Of a DNA stretch of 64,000 bases, positions 1-14,828 are shown piece by piece. The notes under the pieces were generated by a model. That model was given only the letters and a program-made list of their open reading frames with translations, had not been told where the DNA came from and did not search any database. The position numbers and the translations under genes are program-made. This DNA is from Octopus vulgaris (lineage: Eukaryota): the NCBI GenBank assembly GCA_951406725.2, contig OX597829.1, positions 24,738,001-24,802,000 on the forward strand, in the 5' to 3' direction. Every line of letters starts with the position of its first letter. Positions within the stretch are counted from its first letter, which is position 1.

Positions 1-175
1 AGACTACTACATATATGGTATGTCCAACAATAAAATATGACTAGTTACCTTTTGGAACATGTTTTTATTTGAGAATTTCTGGGGGGTTTTTTTGTTTGTT
101 TTTTGTTTAACATGTTAATTTCACTCTTTGTTCACTTCTATATTTGTTTATTCAGGCTAGTACAGAGTAGATTAA

Positions 176-567
176 TCTCTATATATATAAAGCTGAAGTT
201 GTCTGTGTATGGCAGGTTTGGTAGCCTTCAACTAACACTATCTCTTCCGAGACCCTGCGGCGCAAGTTGACCAAAATTAAAAGTATGATAGAAGAAGGAT
301 TGCTCTTCCTTCCGTAGAAGAAAAAATTCAAATCGGACGATGTTAACACCAAAAATTATTAACATCAAAAAGGTGCTTTTTTTCTATGAAAATCCCTATT
401 TTTTACGATTTTTTTACTACTGTGTCGTCATTTTTCGGTGTATTTCAACCAGAAAAATGTTCACTTAAAGAGAATAACAAGCTACATAATGCAAAATTTT
501 TACTTTTCAAAAATTCCAATTCTAAAGGGTCAAAACAAACCCAAGCAATGCCGGGCGATACTGCTAG
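176..567 (+). mobile_element. Non-autonomous Helitron-like element
   Basis: 5' TC, 3' CTAG preceded by GC-rich gccgggcgatactg, inserted at A|T with no TSD. Confidence 0.75.
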
Positions 568-2000
568 TATATTATTAAAGTATAGTTTTATGGCTAGATG
601 TTCTTCTTGTTGCTAATCTTTAGCTGTTTTTCAAGCAAGGAATATGTTATTCTTTTGAAGCTGCAATGCCAACAGACAACCCATTGACAGCAGAAATGAT
701 GACAATGTCACTGCCTAAAGCTCAGCAATTTTAAAAAAAGCACAAATATATATACACACAAACACCTATATATACATAAATACATGCATTTATACATATG
801 TCTGTCCATCAATGTTTTTTATTCCTTCAGCCAGTCCATCCATTCATTGATCCATACATCCACAATAGGTTTCTTTCAGTTTTTTTCTCTACCAATTCTA
901 CATGTAAGACTTTGCTTAATCAAGTGAGAAGTAAAGTTCTTAACATCACAGCCCAGACAGTACCTATGTTAATGTATTTCCCTTAATTTTTCCTTAAATT
1001 GTTACATTCTTTACACTTGTTACAGAAGTTAAGGATAATTTGAAAACGAATTGCTTCTGTTCTCAAAAAGTGCAGCTTCAACAAGATTATTGTTAAAATA
1101 TATGCTTTTAAAAATCGTTTTATTCATTCTCACCATTTCAGATTGTTATTATGGTGTTTAGCCCAAGGTGAAACTTGGCTCACCAAATCTATGCTAAAAA
1201 GTATTCCATCTGTGACCATCCAATCTTTTTCTCTGTTGAGTAATAATCAAAGGAATGCAATTCTGCATACAAGCAGCTGAAATGGTTGTTTCTGTAAAGG
1301 ATCTTGTGAGCAATATTATTTGACAAAGTAACCCAGAGCTCAGAAAGTCACTCTGAGCCACTGTTTGTCTGCTTTGAGAGATCTCAACTCTAGTACTACA
1401 GTCATGTGATTTGAATGTTGTAGGAGGTAATCACCAGATTGGTTCTTCAAGCCAGTAGGCAAGAAACATAGGAGTAGACCAAGAACAAGACAGTTGGATA
1501 ATATCCATAACCTCAGTTGCTCATACCTGGGAATCCAACCAGAAAGTGTGATGACAGTTGCTTCTGATAGAGTCTTCCTATGGAGGTAGTACGTGAGAAT
1601 TTTACTCCCTTAACTCTTCCAGGAATAATGGACATAAAAGTTGGATGGATTGACAATGATGACAATTATTCAACAAGTCCTTTTTTTTTTTAATAAAAAA
1701 GTTAAGGTGTGATTCGAGGGAGATGTGATTGTTATTTCTGGCAGGTCAAGTGACCATAAATTCTGGTGATGGAAAGGCTATGGATTTTTAAAAAATTGAG
1801 TTACAGTGAAATGACTGAACTTCTAAGTGGTCATTCAACTTGCAAGAAATGACTACCAATTTTTTTTAAACTCATGCTTTACCTGCTAAAAGACACATTA
1901 GATGGTGAACTTTTGGAATAAAGAATTTTATCCACAAAAGAAAACATGTTTAGGAAGGGAATTTCTAAACCAGACAATTATTCTTGTATTTATAATGTTG

Positions 2001-4690
2001 TCATCATCATTTAATGTCCGTTGTCCATGCTGGCATTGGTTGGACAGTTTGACCAGGACTGGCAAGCTGAGGGGCTGCACCAAACACCAGTCTGATTTGG
2101 CAGTGTTTCTACAGCTGGATGCCCTTCCTAACACCAACTATTCCAAGAGTGTACTGAGTGCTTTTACATGCTACTGGCATGGATGCCAGTTGCATGACAC
2201 TACTATCTGCCATGACTACAATTTCATTTGGCTTGATGGGTCTTCTTTTTAAGCACAGTATATTTTTAAAGGTCTTGATCATTTGCCATTGCCTCAACGA
2301 GACCCTACACTAGAAAGGTGCTTTTTACATGCCACCAGCGTGAGTGCCAGATATGTGACACTGGCATCAGCTACAACTGTGATTTCACTTGACTTGATGA
2401 GTCTTCTCAAGCACTGCATATCACCAAAGTTCTTAGTCACTAGTCATTGCCATCATGAGGCCCAATATTCAAAGATCATGCTTCACTATCTTGTCCCATG
2501 TCTTCCTAAGACTACCTCTTCACAGGTTCCCTCCAGCACTTCTTTACACAGCTATTCTAATCCATATATGTCACATACCATACCAGTGCAGTCATCTCTC
2601 TTGCACACCACATCTGATGTCTCTTATGCCCAACTTTTCTCTCAAGATGCTTACACTCTGTCGTACATGCACACTGACATTGCAAATCCAATGAAGCATG
2701 CTAGCTTCATTTCTTTCAAGCCTACACATGTCTTCAGTGGTCACAGCCCCTGTGTAGCATAGTTGTTCAGACACAGGCATCATACAGTCAGCCTTTCACT
2801 CTGAAAGTTGAAGGAGAGACTCTTTGTTGCCAACAGAGATAGGAGGTCTCTGAACTTTGCCCAGCCTATTCTTATTCATGCAGCTATGCTCTTGGACTAT
2901 CCACTTCTCTAGTTCTAGTCATGATTCAGCTATAAGAACAAGGTCATCAGCATAGGGGAGCTCCCAGGGGCAGCCCATCTTAAATTCTTCTGTTATTGCC
3001 TGGAGAACTATGATGAACTAGAGAGGGCTGAGGACTGATTGCTAACCTTCACCTTACTGACAGCTTCCCTGTACATGGCTTGTACAGCTTTCGCCAACTG
3101 TCCCTAGTTTCTGTATTGACCACCAGATAAGGGATCGGGGGGACCCTGTCAAAGGTTTTCTTCATATCATCAAAAGCCAAGTACAGAGGTTTTCCTTTGG
3201 CTAGATACTTTTCCTGCAGTTGTCTTACCAGAAATATAGCATCATTGGTGCTTCTCCCTGGTACAAAACCAAACTGCTTCTCATCTAGACTAACCCTCTC
3301 CTTAATTAGTTGGGCTATGATCCTCTCCTTAACTTTCATCAACTGATCCAACGATTTGATACCTCTGTAATTATTTCTGTCTAAAGTGTCACCTTTGCTC
3401 TTCTAACAGTTGACTCTGGTGCTGCTATACCAATCATTGGGTATGACTTCTTTAGGTACAACCTGATTAACTATACCAGTAACTAGACCATAACTCACAC
3501 CACCAGATATTTTAAGCATCTCAGCAGTTATTCTTGATGGGCCAGGGGTTTTCATATCCTTCATGACTTTGTCTACCATGCCATTGTCTGTTCAGATTGC
3601 TGGTTCCTCTGTTAAATCCACACTAGGTAGACTCACCATCTCCCATGAGTTCTCTACATTTAGTAGCCTTTCATAATGGCACTTCCAAGCCTCCTTCTTC
3701 GCAGGGTTACTAACTGCCAGTGACCTGTCATCCATGCAAACATTTCTCTCATACCACATCACACTTTTCTCTGACACACTGTTTTGCAATCCAAAATACT
3801 TCAAGTCTTTGGATCTCAAAATACAGAACATTGGCAAACTTCCTCCTCTTTGCTTCTCCTCTGGCTAAATACACTTGTTTTCTAGCCTCCCTCCTAGCTA
3901 CCTGATATAATTTCCTGCTACTACCACTCTTCTAGGCCTGTTTCTTTGCTCTAATGGCCTTGTCTATGGCATTGTTCCACCATCACATCATCCTAGATCT
4001 AGTTGGACTTTGCACTAGCAGCAGATTTGGTCTGTTGCACTCAGCAAGCTGTCCTGCGGGAATTCCCAGTTGCTATTTATGTTACAAATCTGTAGTTCCT
4101 CCTCCTCATCAAATTTCTCAATTAAAGTGTCCCTAAATTTCTGACCATATAAAAGATCCTTAAACTTCCAAATCCTTCTTTTCTAGATTGCTCTGCTTCT
4201 AGGCAACCTTCTGGCCTGAAGTCTGATGACTAGTCTATGCTGAGAGTACATTGTTCACCAGGGAAGGTCTTTGTATTTATGAGCGACCATGTATCTTGCT
4301 GTCTGGTGAGAATGTAATCAATCTGGCTAGCGTGGTTAACAGACTTATAGGTAAGCAGGTAACTGGCTGGCTTCCTGAAATTGGTATTACAGATCATTAA
4401 GTTATTTGCATCACAGAACTCCAGTAGCCTTGTTCCCTCTTCATTTTGGGAACCAGTTCCATGAACTCCATGGGGGTCATGTTGGGCTGCTGTCCAACAC
4501 ATCCATTGAAATCACCAACCATAAAGATGAGTTCATTGTCATTTGTCTTTGAGGTAGCCTGCAGAAGGATATCATAAAAGCGGTCCTTCTATTCATTTGG
4601 TAACCCCACCTGGAGGGCATAGGCAGGGATAATTGTTGCTGTACTATTCTGCAAGACTAGCCTGAGCTTGAGTACTCTATCATAACTCAA
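2001..4690 (-). mobile_element. RTE-clade LINE, 5'-truncated and degenerate
   Basis: APE fragment (NEEGTRLLEFC, SQIDYIL), RT fragment (QFGFVPGRST.DAIF), (CAT)n 3' tail. Confidence 0.9.
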
Positions 4691-6764
4691 TAATTCTAAC
4701 GCACCAGATATAAAAATATTCCATTTTGATCTTATTAAATATAAGACCAAAAAAAATCAATATATAACAAAATGACTAAATAAAAATAAAACCAAACCTA
4801 GTCCCATAACATTTGAAAGAAGAACACTAAAAATATCAAGGCAACAATTGGGGACAGGATCAAAATATATATATAGATGTGTGTGAGTGTGTGTGTGCAC
4901 AATGCAGGCAAGCTGTGAGGTAAAGAAGCTTGCTTTCCAACAACAATGTGGTTGGTTCAATCCTACAATGCAGTTGGTTTTCTACTATAGACCTGAGACA
5001 ATCAATGCCTTGTGAATGGATTTGGTAAACAGAAACTGAAAGAACCCTGGTATTTGTTTGTGTGTGTGTGTGTGTGTGTGAGTGTGTGTGTGTATGCACG
5101 TATGTATGCATGTACATATGTATGTATGTAGAGAGGTACATATATATGTTTTATTTGTGTGTGTATGTATTTACATGTATCCTTGTCTAGGTATTGTTTG
5201 ATGGTTGTAAATGACTTGTCCATCCCACACTAGCATTGGAAACAGGCATAAAAATTGTAATGGTGATGATGATACACGTATCTCTGTATTTCATGTGTGT
5301 GAACATACAATAACAAAACACACACACACACATACACACATATATTTATCTTTATATATGTGTGTGTGTGTATATATATATGTGTGTGTGTGTGTGTGTC
5401 ATGTATCTCTGCTCTGTCTGTCTCTGTCAATCTATCTGTCTACATATATGTGTGTGTATATATATATATACATACATACACACATACATATATATATCAT
5501 CATTGTCACCACCACCATCGTTTAACATCCACCTTCATACACACACACACATATGAATACATGCACATTCTCTCATGTATACATGCACATTTGTTCTCAG
5601 TAGAAGAATATTTCATAACTATAGTTATAGTTTTCCCGAGGGTTGCTATCAATCATAGGAATTATTGCTTTCATAAAAACGTAAATATATGAATAACACT
5701 GAAAGGTTTCCAGCAAACATTGTCTTCTCTCCAGACTTCTGACCAACAAGGTTCTTTCTCTATACATTATTGGAAATTTACAATCTTCTCCCATATCCTT
5801 CTTCCTCCTTTAATCTTCTTCATTCACTTCTGTTTTCCTCTTCTGATTTCAAACACAATATTTCTTCTAAATCTACACTAATTAATTTGGGCAAATTGCC
5901 ATATTTTTTTTTTCTCCCCTACCTCAAACCTGTACCAAAAGATAGAAATGGTCGACATTGAAACGGAAGTCAAAATGTTTTCTTGGTCTCATGCCAAATA
6001 GACAAGATCTCTGGTCTGAATGGAATTTTTCCATAATTTCTGTGAAGCTAATTATGATCAAACATGTTCTATTTTCATTTTTTGTTTGTTTGTTTTATAT
6101 GTATGTTGTGTTGTTTTGGCCTAGGTTAGCCTTAATCTAGCAAACCTTTCACCAAAAGACATTCCAACAGTGATATTCTGTCAGTCTTTTTTTTTCAAAC
6201 ATAGTATGACCATTTGTATATGACCTCAATGATTACTAGCGTAGCTTCTACCAAGCCAAACCTATTCTCTTATGTCACCCTCCAGTGGGTTCTTGTTTCA
6301 GAGAAGCTTGGTAAAAACTGTGTTTATGCCATAGACATCTAAGAAACCTTCAAACCTGTCTGGTATGTAAATTTCTCCTCAAAACTTCCTGTCTATGGAC
6401 TCCACCCATCCTATAATTGGTAGCTTCCTATCAGATTGCAACATTGAAACATATAATAATGAAGCTCTTTCTACCCAACTCTCAATCAATTCTGGTGTGA
6501 CCCACAGCTCAGGGATGCACTTTTGCTCTCTACTTTCTTCCTTCTTTACATCAGTGACCTACAACCAGTCATATCTAGCCATACCCATTCTTACACAGGT
6601 TATATAGCCTTTCTTCCTCCTTAATCCCTTCCCCAACCACACATCATCCACATGTAATCTAAACACCACACACCCCAAATCTTCACTAATCTACATTTCA
6701 TGAATGGAGACCTCATAAGAATTCTTCAGTGTTCCTTTTTAATCTCATCTCTTTAAACAAACAA

Positions 6765-7115
6765 AGCATTGAAGCTTTGGTGTTGGAGAAGACTTTTACG
6801 GATTCCATGGACAAGGCTCACCAATGGAGAAGTTCTTAAGCAGATCAGGCCGAAAATGTCACTAGACGCTAGGATCACCAAGCACAGATTGGCATATTTT
6901 GGTCATATTATGTGGAGAAAATTCCTGGAGAAGGCCATCATGCTCGGAATGGTCAGTGGCAAGAGAGGAAGAGGCCGACCAAGAACCCGCTGGCTTGACA
7001 CCATCAAGAGTGACACGAGAATGGGCCATAGCTAATCTGAAAGAAGCGACCCAGGATAGAACTGACTGGAAGACACTGATCCATTGAGTAACCGAGAGTC
7101 GACTTCGACTGAGCG
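6765..7115 (+). mobile_element. RTE (BovB-like) 3' fragment nested in an older CR1/Jockey-group LINE (about 6170-8400)
   Basis: LWCWRRLLRIPWT...YFGHI...GKRGRGRPRTRWLD followed by (GATA)n. Confidence 0.8.
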
Positions 7116-8555
7116 GATAGATAGATAGATAGATAGATAGAAACAAACAAAAAAACAAAATCACTTCTTATATCAAGAAAATGACATTGCAACACACTTC
7201 AACATGAGCAGCACTCAAACTTAACCCCCAAGATCACTCTAGATATTAGAACACACAATCACAGAGAATCTCTCTTGATGAATACATATCCTTATTGTAG
7301 CTAGAATCATATCCTTAACTAATCCTGGCATTTCTCTTCAGTGCCACTAAATTAGCACCAAACAATTACTGACACATTTTACAAAGCTCAATTAAGGCCC
7401 ACTGTAGATTATTGCTCCCATATCTGGCATAGGGTAGTTGTCTCCTCCTCCTCCTCCTCCTTCTTCTTCTTCTTCTTCTTCTTCTTCTTCTTCTTCTTCT
7501 TCTTCTTCTTCTTCTTCTTCTTCTTCTTCTTCTTCTTCTTCTTCTTCCAGTCAGGACTCACACCATTAGACACAAAGAATAATCTCTAATTTGAGCCTAC
7601 TCTAAACTACAAAGAATGCGTGCGGCAACTTGAAGATCCACCCACAACACGCGATAGACTGGTGGTTGCATGCACGCGAAAGCTATGTTGTTATCCTCAT
7701 TCCATAAACGGTGGCTTTTAACGGGTGGAGAGTTGAACCATCCTGGGGTACAGAGGATTCACAATCTAGACTAGGGTCTGAAAGTTTACCACACCATAGT
7801 GGGTTATACCATAGTTCCTCTGCTTTATGGCAGAAGTAGGATGAAAGAGTGAGAGAAAGTTGTGGTGAAAGAGTACAGTGGGGTTCACCGCCCCCTCTCC
7901 CCACCAGAGCCTCACGGAGCTTAGGTGTTTTTTGCTCAATAAACACTCACAATGCCCAATCTGGGGATCGAAACTGCATTCTTAGGACTGTGAGTCCGCT
8001 GCCCTAACCACTAGACTATTGTGCCTCCACTAGTGTAGTTGTTGCTGTTAATGGCTGCTAGTTGCTGCCGCTTCTTCTACTGCTGCTGCTGCTGCATACG
8101 TAGACATCCTAGAATGCATCCAAAACAAAAAGCCACATGAGTGAATTACATAAAACACACACACAGACACTCTCCAGCCTCAGTCCACTGGTATGTTGTC
8201 TCCTCTCTCTACCTTTGCCACCACTACTATCACAGTCGCTGCTCCTTTGGAGCTGCTGAGTTAATGCCTCCTCTGCTCAAGCATTCCCATCTGACTGATA
8301 TTTCCTCTTCCAATCACCCTTACCATGTCCAAGTCTTAGCATTAACCATTATGCCCTGACTTCCTGTTCCCTCTTCTACATACATAAAATATCAGCCTTT
8401 TAGAGCCCTTTGCACACCAGTGGACTGGGGCTGGAGAGTGTCTGTGTGTGCTTTATGTAATTCACTCACGTGGCTTTTTGTTTTGGATGCATTCTAGGAT
8501 GTCTCCATGTGCAGCAGCAGCAACTATCAGTCATTAACAGCAACAACTACACTAG

Positions 8556-8718
8556 TGGAGGTGCAATGGTCCAGTGGTTAGGGCAGCGGACTCGCGGTCC
8601 AAAGAACGCGGTTTCGATACCCAGACATTGTGAGTGTTTATTGAGCAAAAACACCTAAGCTCCACGAGGCTCTGAGGTGGGGTGGGGGGAACCCTACTGT
8701 ATTCTTTCACCACAACTG
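8556..8718 (+). mobile_element. tRNA-derived SINE family C (other copies 7840-8030 and 10440-10585 on minus)
   Basis: ggaggtgcaatggtccagtggttagggcagcggactcgcggtc head with gtttcgat B-box. Confidence 0.85.
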
Positions 8719-11700
8719 CAGTAATATAAACTGAACATTAAAGACATCAATTTCATCAGTCCTTGGAGTAGAGGCTGCAAAGATGATAGGCACTGTCCCT
8801 TCTTCAAGACCCAGCAAATGAAAAAAAAAAAAAATTCAGGGTTGCATTATTCAATGTTTTCTTTCCCTTTTAAAACATTGTAAGCAAATTTAGCTGTTAA
8901 TTCTTGCAGATCAATGGACTATGAAGATATGATTTTCTAAACTATAAACAAAGTATTTATCATAACAGATATTGTTGTGTGAAGAATGTATTTTACTTGA
9001 GAGAGTTTTGGCTCCTATTTCCAGCATGTTGAGTGACCACATAATATCTCACCCCTTTTCTAAAATTGTATTTCATCATTAAATGTTATACTTTAGTTTC
9101 TTGGTGAGTAATAGTTACAATGATTCTAGATTCAAATTATTAGAAACAGATATTTTCTTCTATAGTGTCAGGCTGACCAAGGGCTTGTGTATAAATTTGG
9201 TAGATTGAAACTGAAAGAAGCCTGATTCGTGTGCACGTGTGTGTGTGTGTATATGTGCATGCAGGTGTGTGTGTGGTTGTATGTGCATGCATGTGTGTGC
9301 ACATGTGTGTGTGTGTAAGAATGTTCATGTGCATGCATGTGTATGTGTGTGTGTGAGTGAATGTATGTGCATGCACGTGTGTGTGTGTGTGTGCACATGT
9401 GTATGTGTGAATGTCCATGTGAATGCATGTGTGTGTACATGCATGTGTGTGTGTACATACATGTGTGTGTGTACATACATGTGTGTGTGTACATACATGT
9501 GTGTGTGTGTGTGAATGTATGTGTGCATGCATGTGTGTGTATGCACATGAGTCTGTGTGAATGTATGTGTGCATGTATGTGTGTGTGTGAGGGAGAGAGA
9601 GAGAGTTACATGCAGTGACATTGTTACATTTTCTTCCAACAAATCTTCTGCTTTGCCTCACACTTTTGAAATATGTGTGAAATAAAAGATTCCTCACTTG
9701 AAAAACAAATTAGAGTTACTGACAAGAAGGGCATCCAGCTGTGAAATAATGCTTCAGTAATATAAACATCCAACCTATGCTAGCATGGTAAAAAATGGAT
9801 GTGAAGATGAAGCAAAAAAAATAACATAGAAAATTATTAGTAAGATTCTTCTATAAATAGTAGTGGTTACTGGTCACTTTTAGAATTAGTACTTTTCAAA
9901 GTTTATCTAAATGCAGAGAGCAAGAAAGGGAACTCCTTCATACACAGCATGTTCTCTTTAACCCTGTCATTACCATATATTGTGACCCCCTTTGGTCATG
10001 AATGACCATGGGATTACACCTGGAAGGTTACCCTCCAAGGCACAAGTCTGAGCAAGTTTGTTTATGGAAGACCAGCAGTCGCCCACGCATACCAGCCTCC
10101 CCTCTCCCTCTCCACACCACCGATGTTATCCAAGAGAAAGGCAAAAGCCGATACAGCTTGGCACCAGTGATGTCGCAGCTCATTTATTAACGTGCAAGTG
10201 GCTGAGCACTCCACAGACACATGTACCCTTAATGTAGTTCTTGGGGAGATTCAGCATGACACAGAGTGTGACAAGGCTGACCCTTTGAAACAGGAAGAAA
10301 GAGTGAATTTAAATGTTTGATAACTCAGCACCGTCCATTGGACGGGGGGTGTTCTGCTCATATATATATATATCGGCACTGCGTCGGTTACGACGACGAG
10401 GGTTCCAGTTGATTCGATCAATGGAACAGCCTACTCATGAAATTTTCACCACCACCCCTGTCAGAGCTTGTGGAGCTTTAGGTGTTTTTGCTCAATAAAC
10501 ACTCACAATGCCCAGTCTGGGAATCGAAACAGTGATCCTACGCCTGTGAGTCTGCTGCTTAACCACTAGGCCATTGCACCTCCAACCCTTTCATTACCAT
10601 AATGCAGTTAAATGTACTACTGTTGTTTCAATTAATTTTGGAAAATAACAAAGAATTTAGTAAAATCATTTTGTTATTATTAAGCTGGTATTTAGAACAT
10701 AAGTTAACATAAAATTTTGATGGAAGTTTTTAATTTAGATCGCTTTTAAATAGGAAATTTGCATAACAGAGCCAAAGGTAGTGTGAAAAGAATTAAGATG
10801 GAAATACATTTTAAAATAGCTTTCCTAAAATGTATTTATTACTGTTACTCTGTTTTGTTTTGACTACCCTAATGTAAGTGCTAACACTTCTCTTCCCATT
10901 CCCCCAAACCAATGTCTGCTGTTATTAATACCAATTTAATTCCAAGCGAATTATTACTTGTTAATTAACATTCCAAAAGCTCTTTTGCGTAATTATCATT
11001 GACTGAATAGGCAAACTTGTTTTTAAAGAAAGTTCTGAAATATAACTATAATAATAGTTTCTAAATTTGGCACAAATCCATAATTTATAGGGGTGGAGAA
11101 GAGGTATAGTTGATTTAATTGACTTCCAGTGCATTTCTGGTACTTGTTGTATAAACCATGGAGGAATGAAATATTGTGTCAACCCCAGTGGAATTTAAAC
11201 ACAAAATGTAAAAAGACTTAAATTCCACATGGCATTTTGCTCTGGCACTCATTTTTCTCAAATGTAATAATAATGATTATTATTATTAACACAAGCATAA
11301 GGTGACAGATTTGGATGAAGGGTAGATCAATTAATTCAGCCACAACTGGCTAGTAATAATTTTATTAATCCTGGAAAAACAAAAAAGGGAACTGATACCA
11401 TCTGGATTTAGACTCTGAGCATTGCGATCTTATTGACAGTTTTATTATTCCCCCACCCACACCCTCTCTCTCCCTCTCCCTCTCTCATTTTACCATTACT
11501 ACCACTTAAAGTTCTTTAACATAACTCTAATAATTCTTTCGTCTATAGCCATATGGCCTGGAATCTTGTGGGAAGGGGCTTGTTGATTACATTGGCCCCA
11601 GCGCTTAACTGGTACTTTTTCTATTACCGCTAAAGGGGAGAAAGGCAAGGTCAAGCTCAGCAGAATTTGAACTCGGAATGTAAAGCCAGAAGAAATTCCA

Positions 11701-11804
11701 CTAAACATTTTGTCCAGCTTGCTAATGATTCTTTCAGCTCACTACATTAAACATAACTTTAATAATAACCGTTATTTCTGTTAATTCGGACTATAAAATA
11801 TCCA

Positions 11805-12225
11805 TGGCGTAAGAGTGGCTGTGTGGTAAGTAGCTTGCTTACAAACTACATAGTTCCGGGTTCAGTCCTATGGCATGGCACCTTGGGTAAGTGTCTTCTA
11901 CTATAGCCTCGGGCCAACCAAAGCCTTGTGAGTGGATTTGGTAGACGGAAACTGAAAGAAACCTGTCATATATATGTATATATAAATGTGTGTGTGTGTG
12001 TGTATGTTTGTGTGTCTGTGTTTGTCCCCAACATTGCTTGACAACCGATGCTGGTGCGTTTACGTCCCTGTAACTTAGCTGTTCGGCAAAAAGAGAGCGA
12101 TAGAATAAGTACTAGGCTTACAAAGAATAAGTCCTGGGGTCGATTTGCTTGACTAAAGGCAGTGCTCCAGCATGTCCAGAGTCAAATGACTGAAATGAGT
12201 AAAAGAGAAAAAGAGTAAAGAGTAT
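11805..12225 (+). mobile_element. tRNA-derived SINE family A (other copies near 4905, 9150, 17770-18177 on minus, 24490-24810, 25543-25870 on minus, 34435, 35035-35510)
   Basis: agtggctgtgtggtaag A-box and ggttcagtcc B-box, conserved body ggatttggtagacggaaactgaaagaa, internal (TA/TG)n. Confidence 0.9.
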
Positions 12226-12418
12226 GGCATGCAAGAGCCAGGAAAAAATTACCTGATGCTAAGATGTTCATTTTAAAAGGGCTCAGTCTTATAAGAACCA
12301 ATTAAGGATAAAAATAGGTAACACGCTTTCTGACTTGAGTTGAAGCATGGATGTCTGAGTTCACTGTGTCCATACAGCCACTCCATGCAGGAGTGAGTAA
12401 GGTTTATTTTATGGAATA

Positions 12419-12812
12419 CTAGCAGTATCGCCCGGCGTTGCTCGGGTTTGTAAGGGAAATGACTATATAAGCATTTTTAGAGATGTAAAGTATAATAGCC
12501 ATCTCAATATGGCTAACCACAAAGGGGGGTGTTACTGTGGCTTTTTACGTTCTGAGATTTAATAATAAATTTTTAGAGAGTTACTTCCCTTATATATGCC
12601 AAAAATGCATTAAAAATGGGAAAAATTCATGGTAAATTTTTTTTTAAATCGTAGACTCATCGTAGAACGCGCTAATACCCAGAAGGGCTCGATATGAATC
12701 ACGACTATAAGATACCCGGTTTTGGTTAAACTGCACCGCAAAATGTGGGAGTAGTTAGGAATCTAAATCGTAGGAGACAGACAGCACACAACCTTACTTT
12801 TATATATAAAGA
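12419..12812 (-). mobile_element. Non-autonomous Helitron-like element
   Basis: Same 3' end (gcaacgccgggcgatactgCTAG) and TC-tatatataaa 5' end as 176-567, different interior. Confidence 0.75.
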
Positions 12813-12895
12813 CTAGCAGTTATTCATGCATGCAAGTCTCACTTCTGCATGCCACTGATGGTGTCCAAAAGATCACTGCTTTAATAATAATAATA

Positions 12896-12942
<47 letters not shown>

Positions 12943-12989
12943 GGTGGTGGTGGTTGTGGTGATGGTGGTGGTGGTGGTGGTGGTGGTGG

Positions 12990-13029
<40 letters not shown>

Positions 13030-13036
<7 letters not shown>

Positions 13037-13495
13037 CTGATGCTGACGATGAAATTATTGTATACAGTGCTCAGGTGCACCGCAACATGTCAAAAGTGCG
13101 TATAAAGTATATGCAGTAATATACAAATGTCTGGAAAGTGAACAATTTATGAGTCAGATACATGCTTGCATGTGTATGGAGGGGAGGAAATCAGGTGTAG
13201 TGTTGGCGAATCTCAGAAAGTATGGAAGTTTTGAAGGATGCAGTGCTCCGACAACTAACAACTTATGCCGGCAGTTTGTTCCATGCTTCAGCAGCTCTTA
13301 GTATGAAAAAATGTTTCCGAAAGCCATGGGAGCTGTGCTGTTTTCTGACTTTGTAAACATGTTCACGGGTGTTAGATAGGTGGAGTTTGTAAAGGTGCTC
13401 AGAGTTATTGTTAGTAAGATGGTTAATAATTTTATGGGTGTCTGCCTAGTCAGCTGCCAGACATCGAAGTTTCAATGTATCCATGCCCAGGGAAG
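13030..13495 (-). mobile_element. CR1-group LINE 3' end
   Basis: C-terminal LINE ORF2-like remnant (MDTLKLR.LAAD....HKII) ending at a (GAT/GGT)n tract. Confidence 0.6.
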
Positions 13496-13907
13496 TTGAA
13501 ACAGATTGGTACCAGTGTCATTGTAAGCATTGCTGTCAAAAATGCTGAGTGTTAGAACAAATATCACAAGGCAGTATCTTGCATGATGTTCAAACAGTTC
13601 CATCAACTCACTACCACCACCACCGCCACCACTCTGAGTTTGTTATTTGTTTATTGAGCCTGAAAAGAGGAAAGGCAAAGTTGATCCTGAGTGGATTTGA
13701 ACTCAGAAATAGACACCTCATCTGATACTAAGACAGTTTCACCAACCCACTGCCAGCATGGATTACTATTTGTTTATTAACCTTGAAAGGATGAACGGCA
13801 AAGCAGACCTCAGTTGGGATTTGAACTCAAACCTCAGAGAATTGGAATGAATGTCAAAGGCATTCTGTCCAATGCTGTAATGCCTGTACCAATTCTTCAT
13901 CTTAGAA

Positions 13908-14828
13908 CAGCAACTCTTAACTTGTGGGTTGTGACCCCGGCGGGAGGGGGTTGTTTGGGGGTCTCGGAAAGTGTGGAAGTCATGGAGTTTTGGGGAGAAA
14001 GTAATTTATTTCATGTATTTGAGACATTGCATTGTAGCATTCATGTGTAAAATTCAACTTTACCAGAAAAGAGTTTGGGACAGTGACACAACTTTCTTTC
14101 CTCACATGACAACTATCCTGGATTCTATGCCAGAAGCTGAATGCAGTTTCCATGAAGAGATCTCAGCTCATCTCCTGGCAATGACATCATCAAAAGCTAC
14201 TTCCCAGGATTGCATGACCACTGTACTGATGTGTGGATCTGCAAACTCTTTTCAGTGAAGAACAATGCCATCAGTGACATTGATGTTGCTGCGAAGTTAG
14301 GATTTCTCTAAATTTGTGAGGATACTTTGTTGAAAGTTGATTTTTCTGAACAAGAGCTTCCAATACCAGAGTAAACTGAAGGACAACTTTCCTTTTCTTT
14401 CATTTCGTGCTCCAACCATGCTGACCAAGTCCACCTCAATCTATCCTTGCAAGACTGGATTCTCAGCAACAAAGGCACTGAAAACAAAGGTATGCAATAA
14501 GTTTGTGATTTACGCCAACACGAGGTGTTGTCTGCCAAGCATTGCTCCTCCCTTTGATGTACTAATGACTGCAAAACAATATTAACATTACCACTGAGTG
14601 AATAAGTTGGTTTTGTACGATGTTCTGTGATCCATGCATTTTTTAACATTTGTAGAATTTTTCAAGGTCTTTTATTTGTAACATTTTCAATAAGTTAGGA
14701 TCTTCATATAGTTTTGTTTTATCTTACCTTTATGCAAAGTTCCCCATTACAAAATTTATTATAGGAGTCACGGTAATACTTTGGAGAGTCTCAAGGGGTA
14801 AGACAATGAAAATGGTTAAGAAGCCCTG
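13908..14828 (+). mobile_element. hAT (Buster-like) deleted element
   Basis: Dimerisation-domain remnant SIYPCKTGFSA...KTK; decayed CAG...CTG termini. Confidence 0.6.

Noticed and set aside
8556-8630. tRNA gene
   Set aside because: tRNA-like head continues into a SINE body present in several copies.
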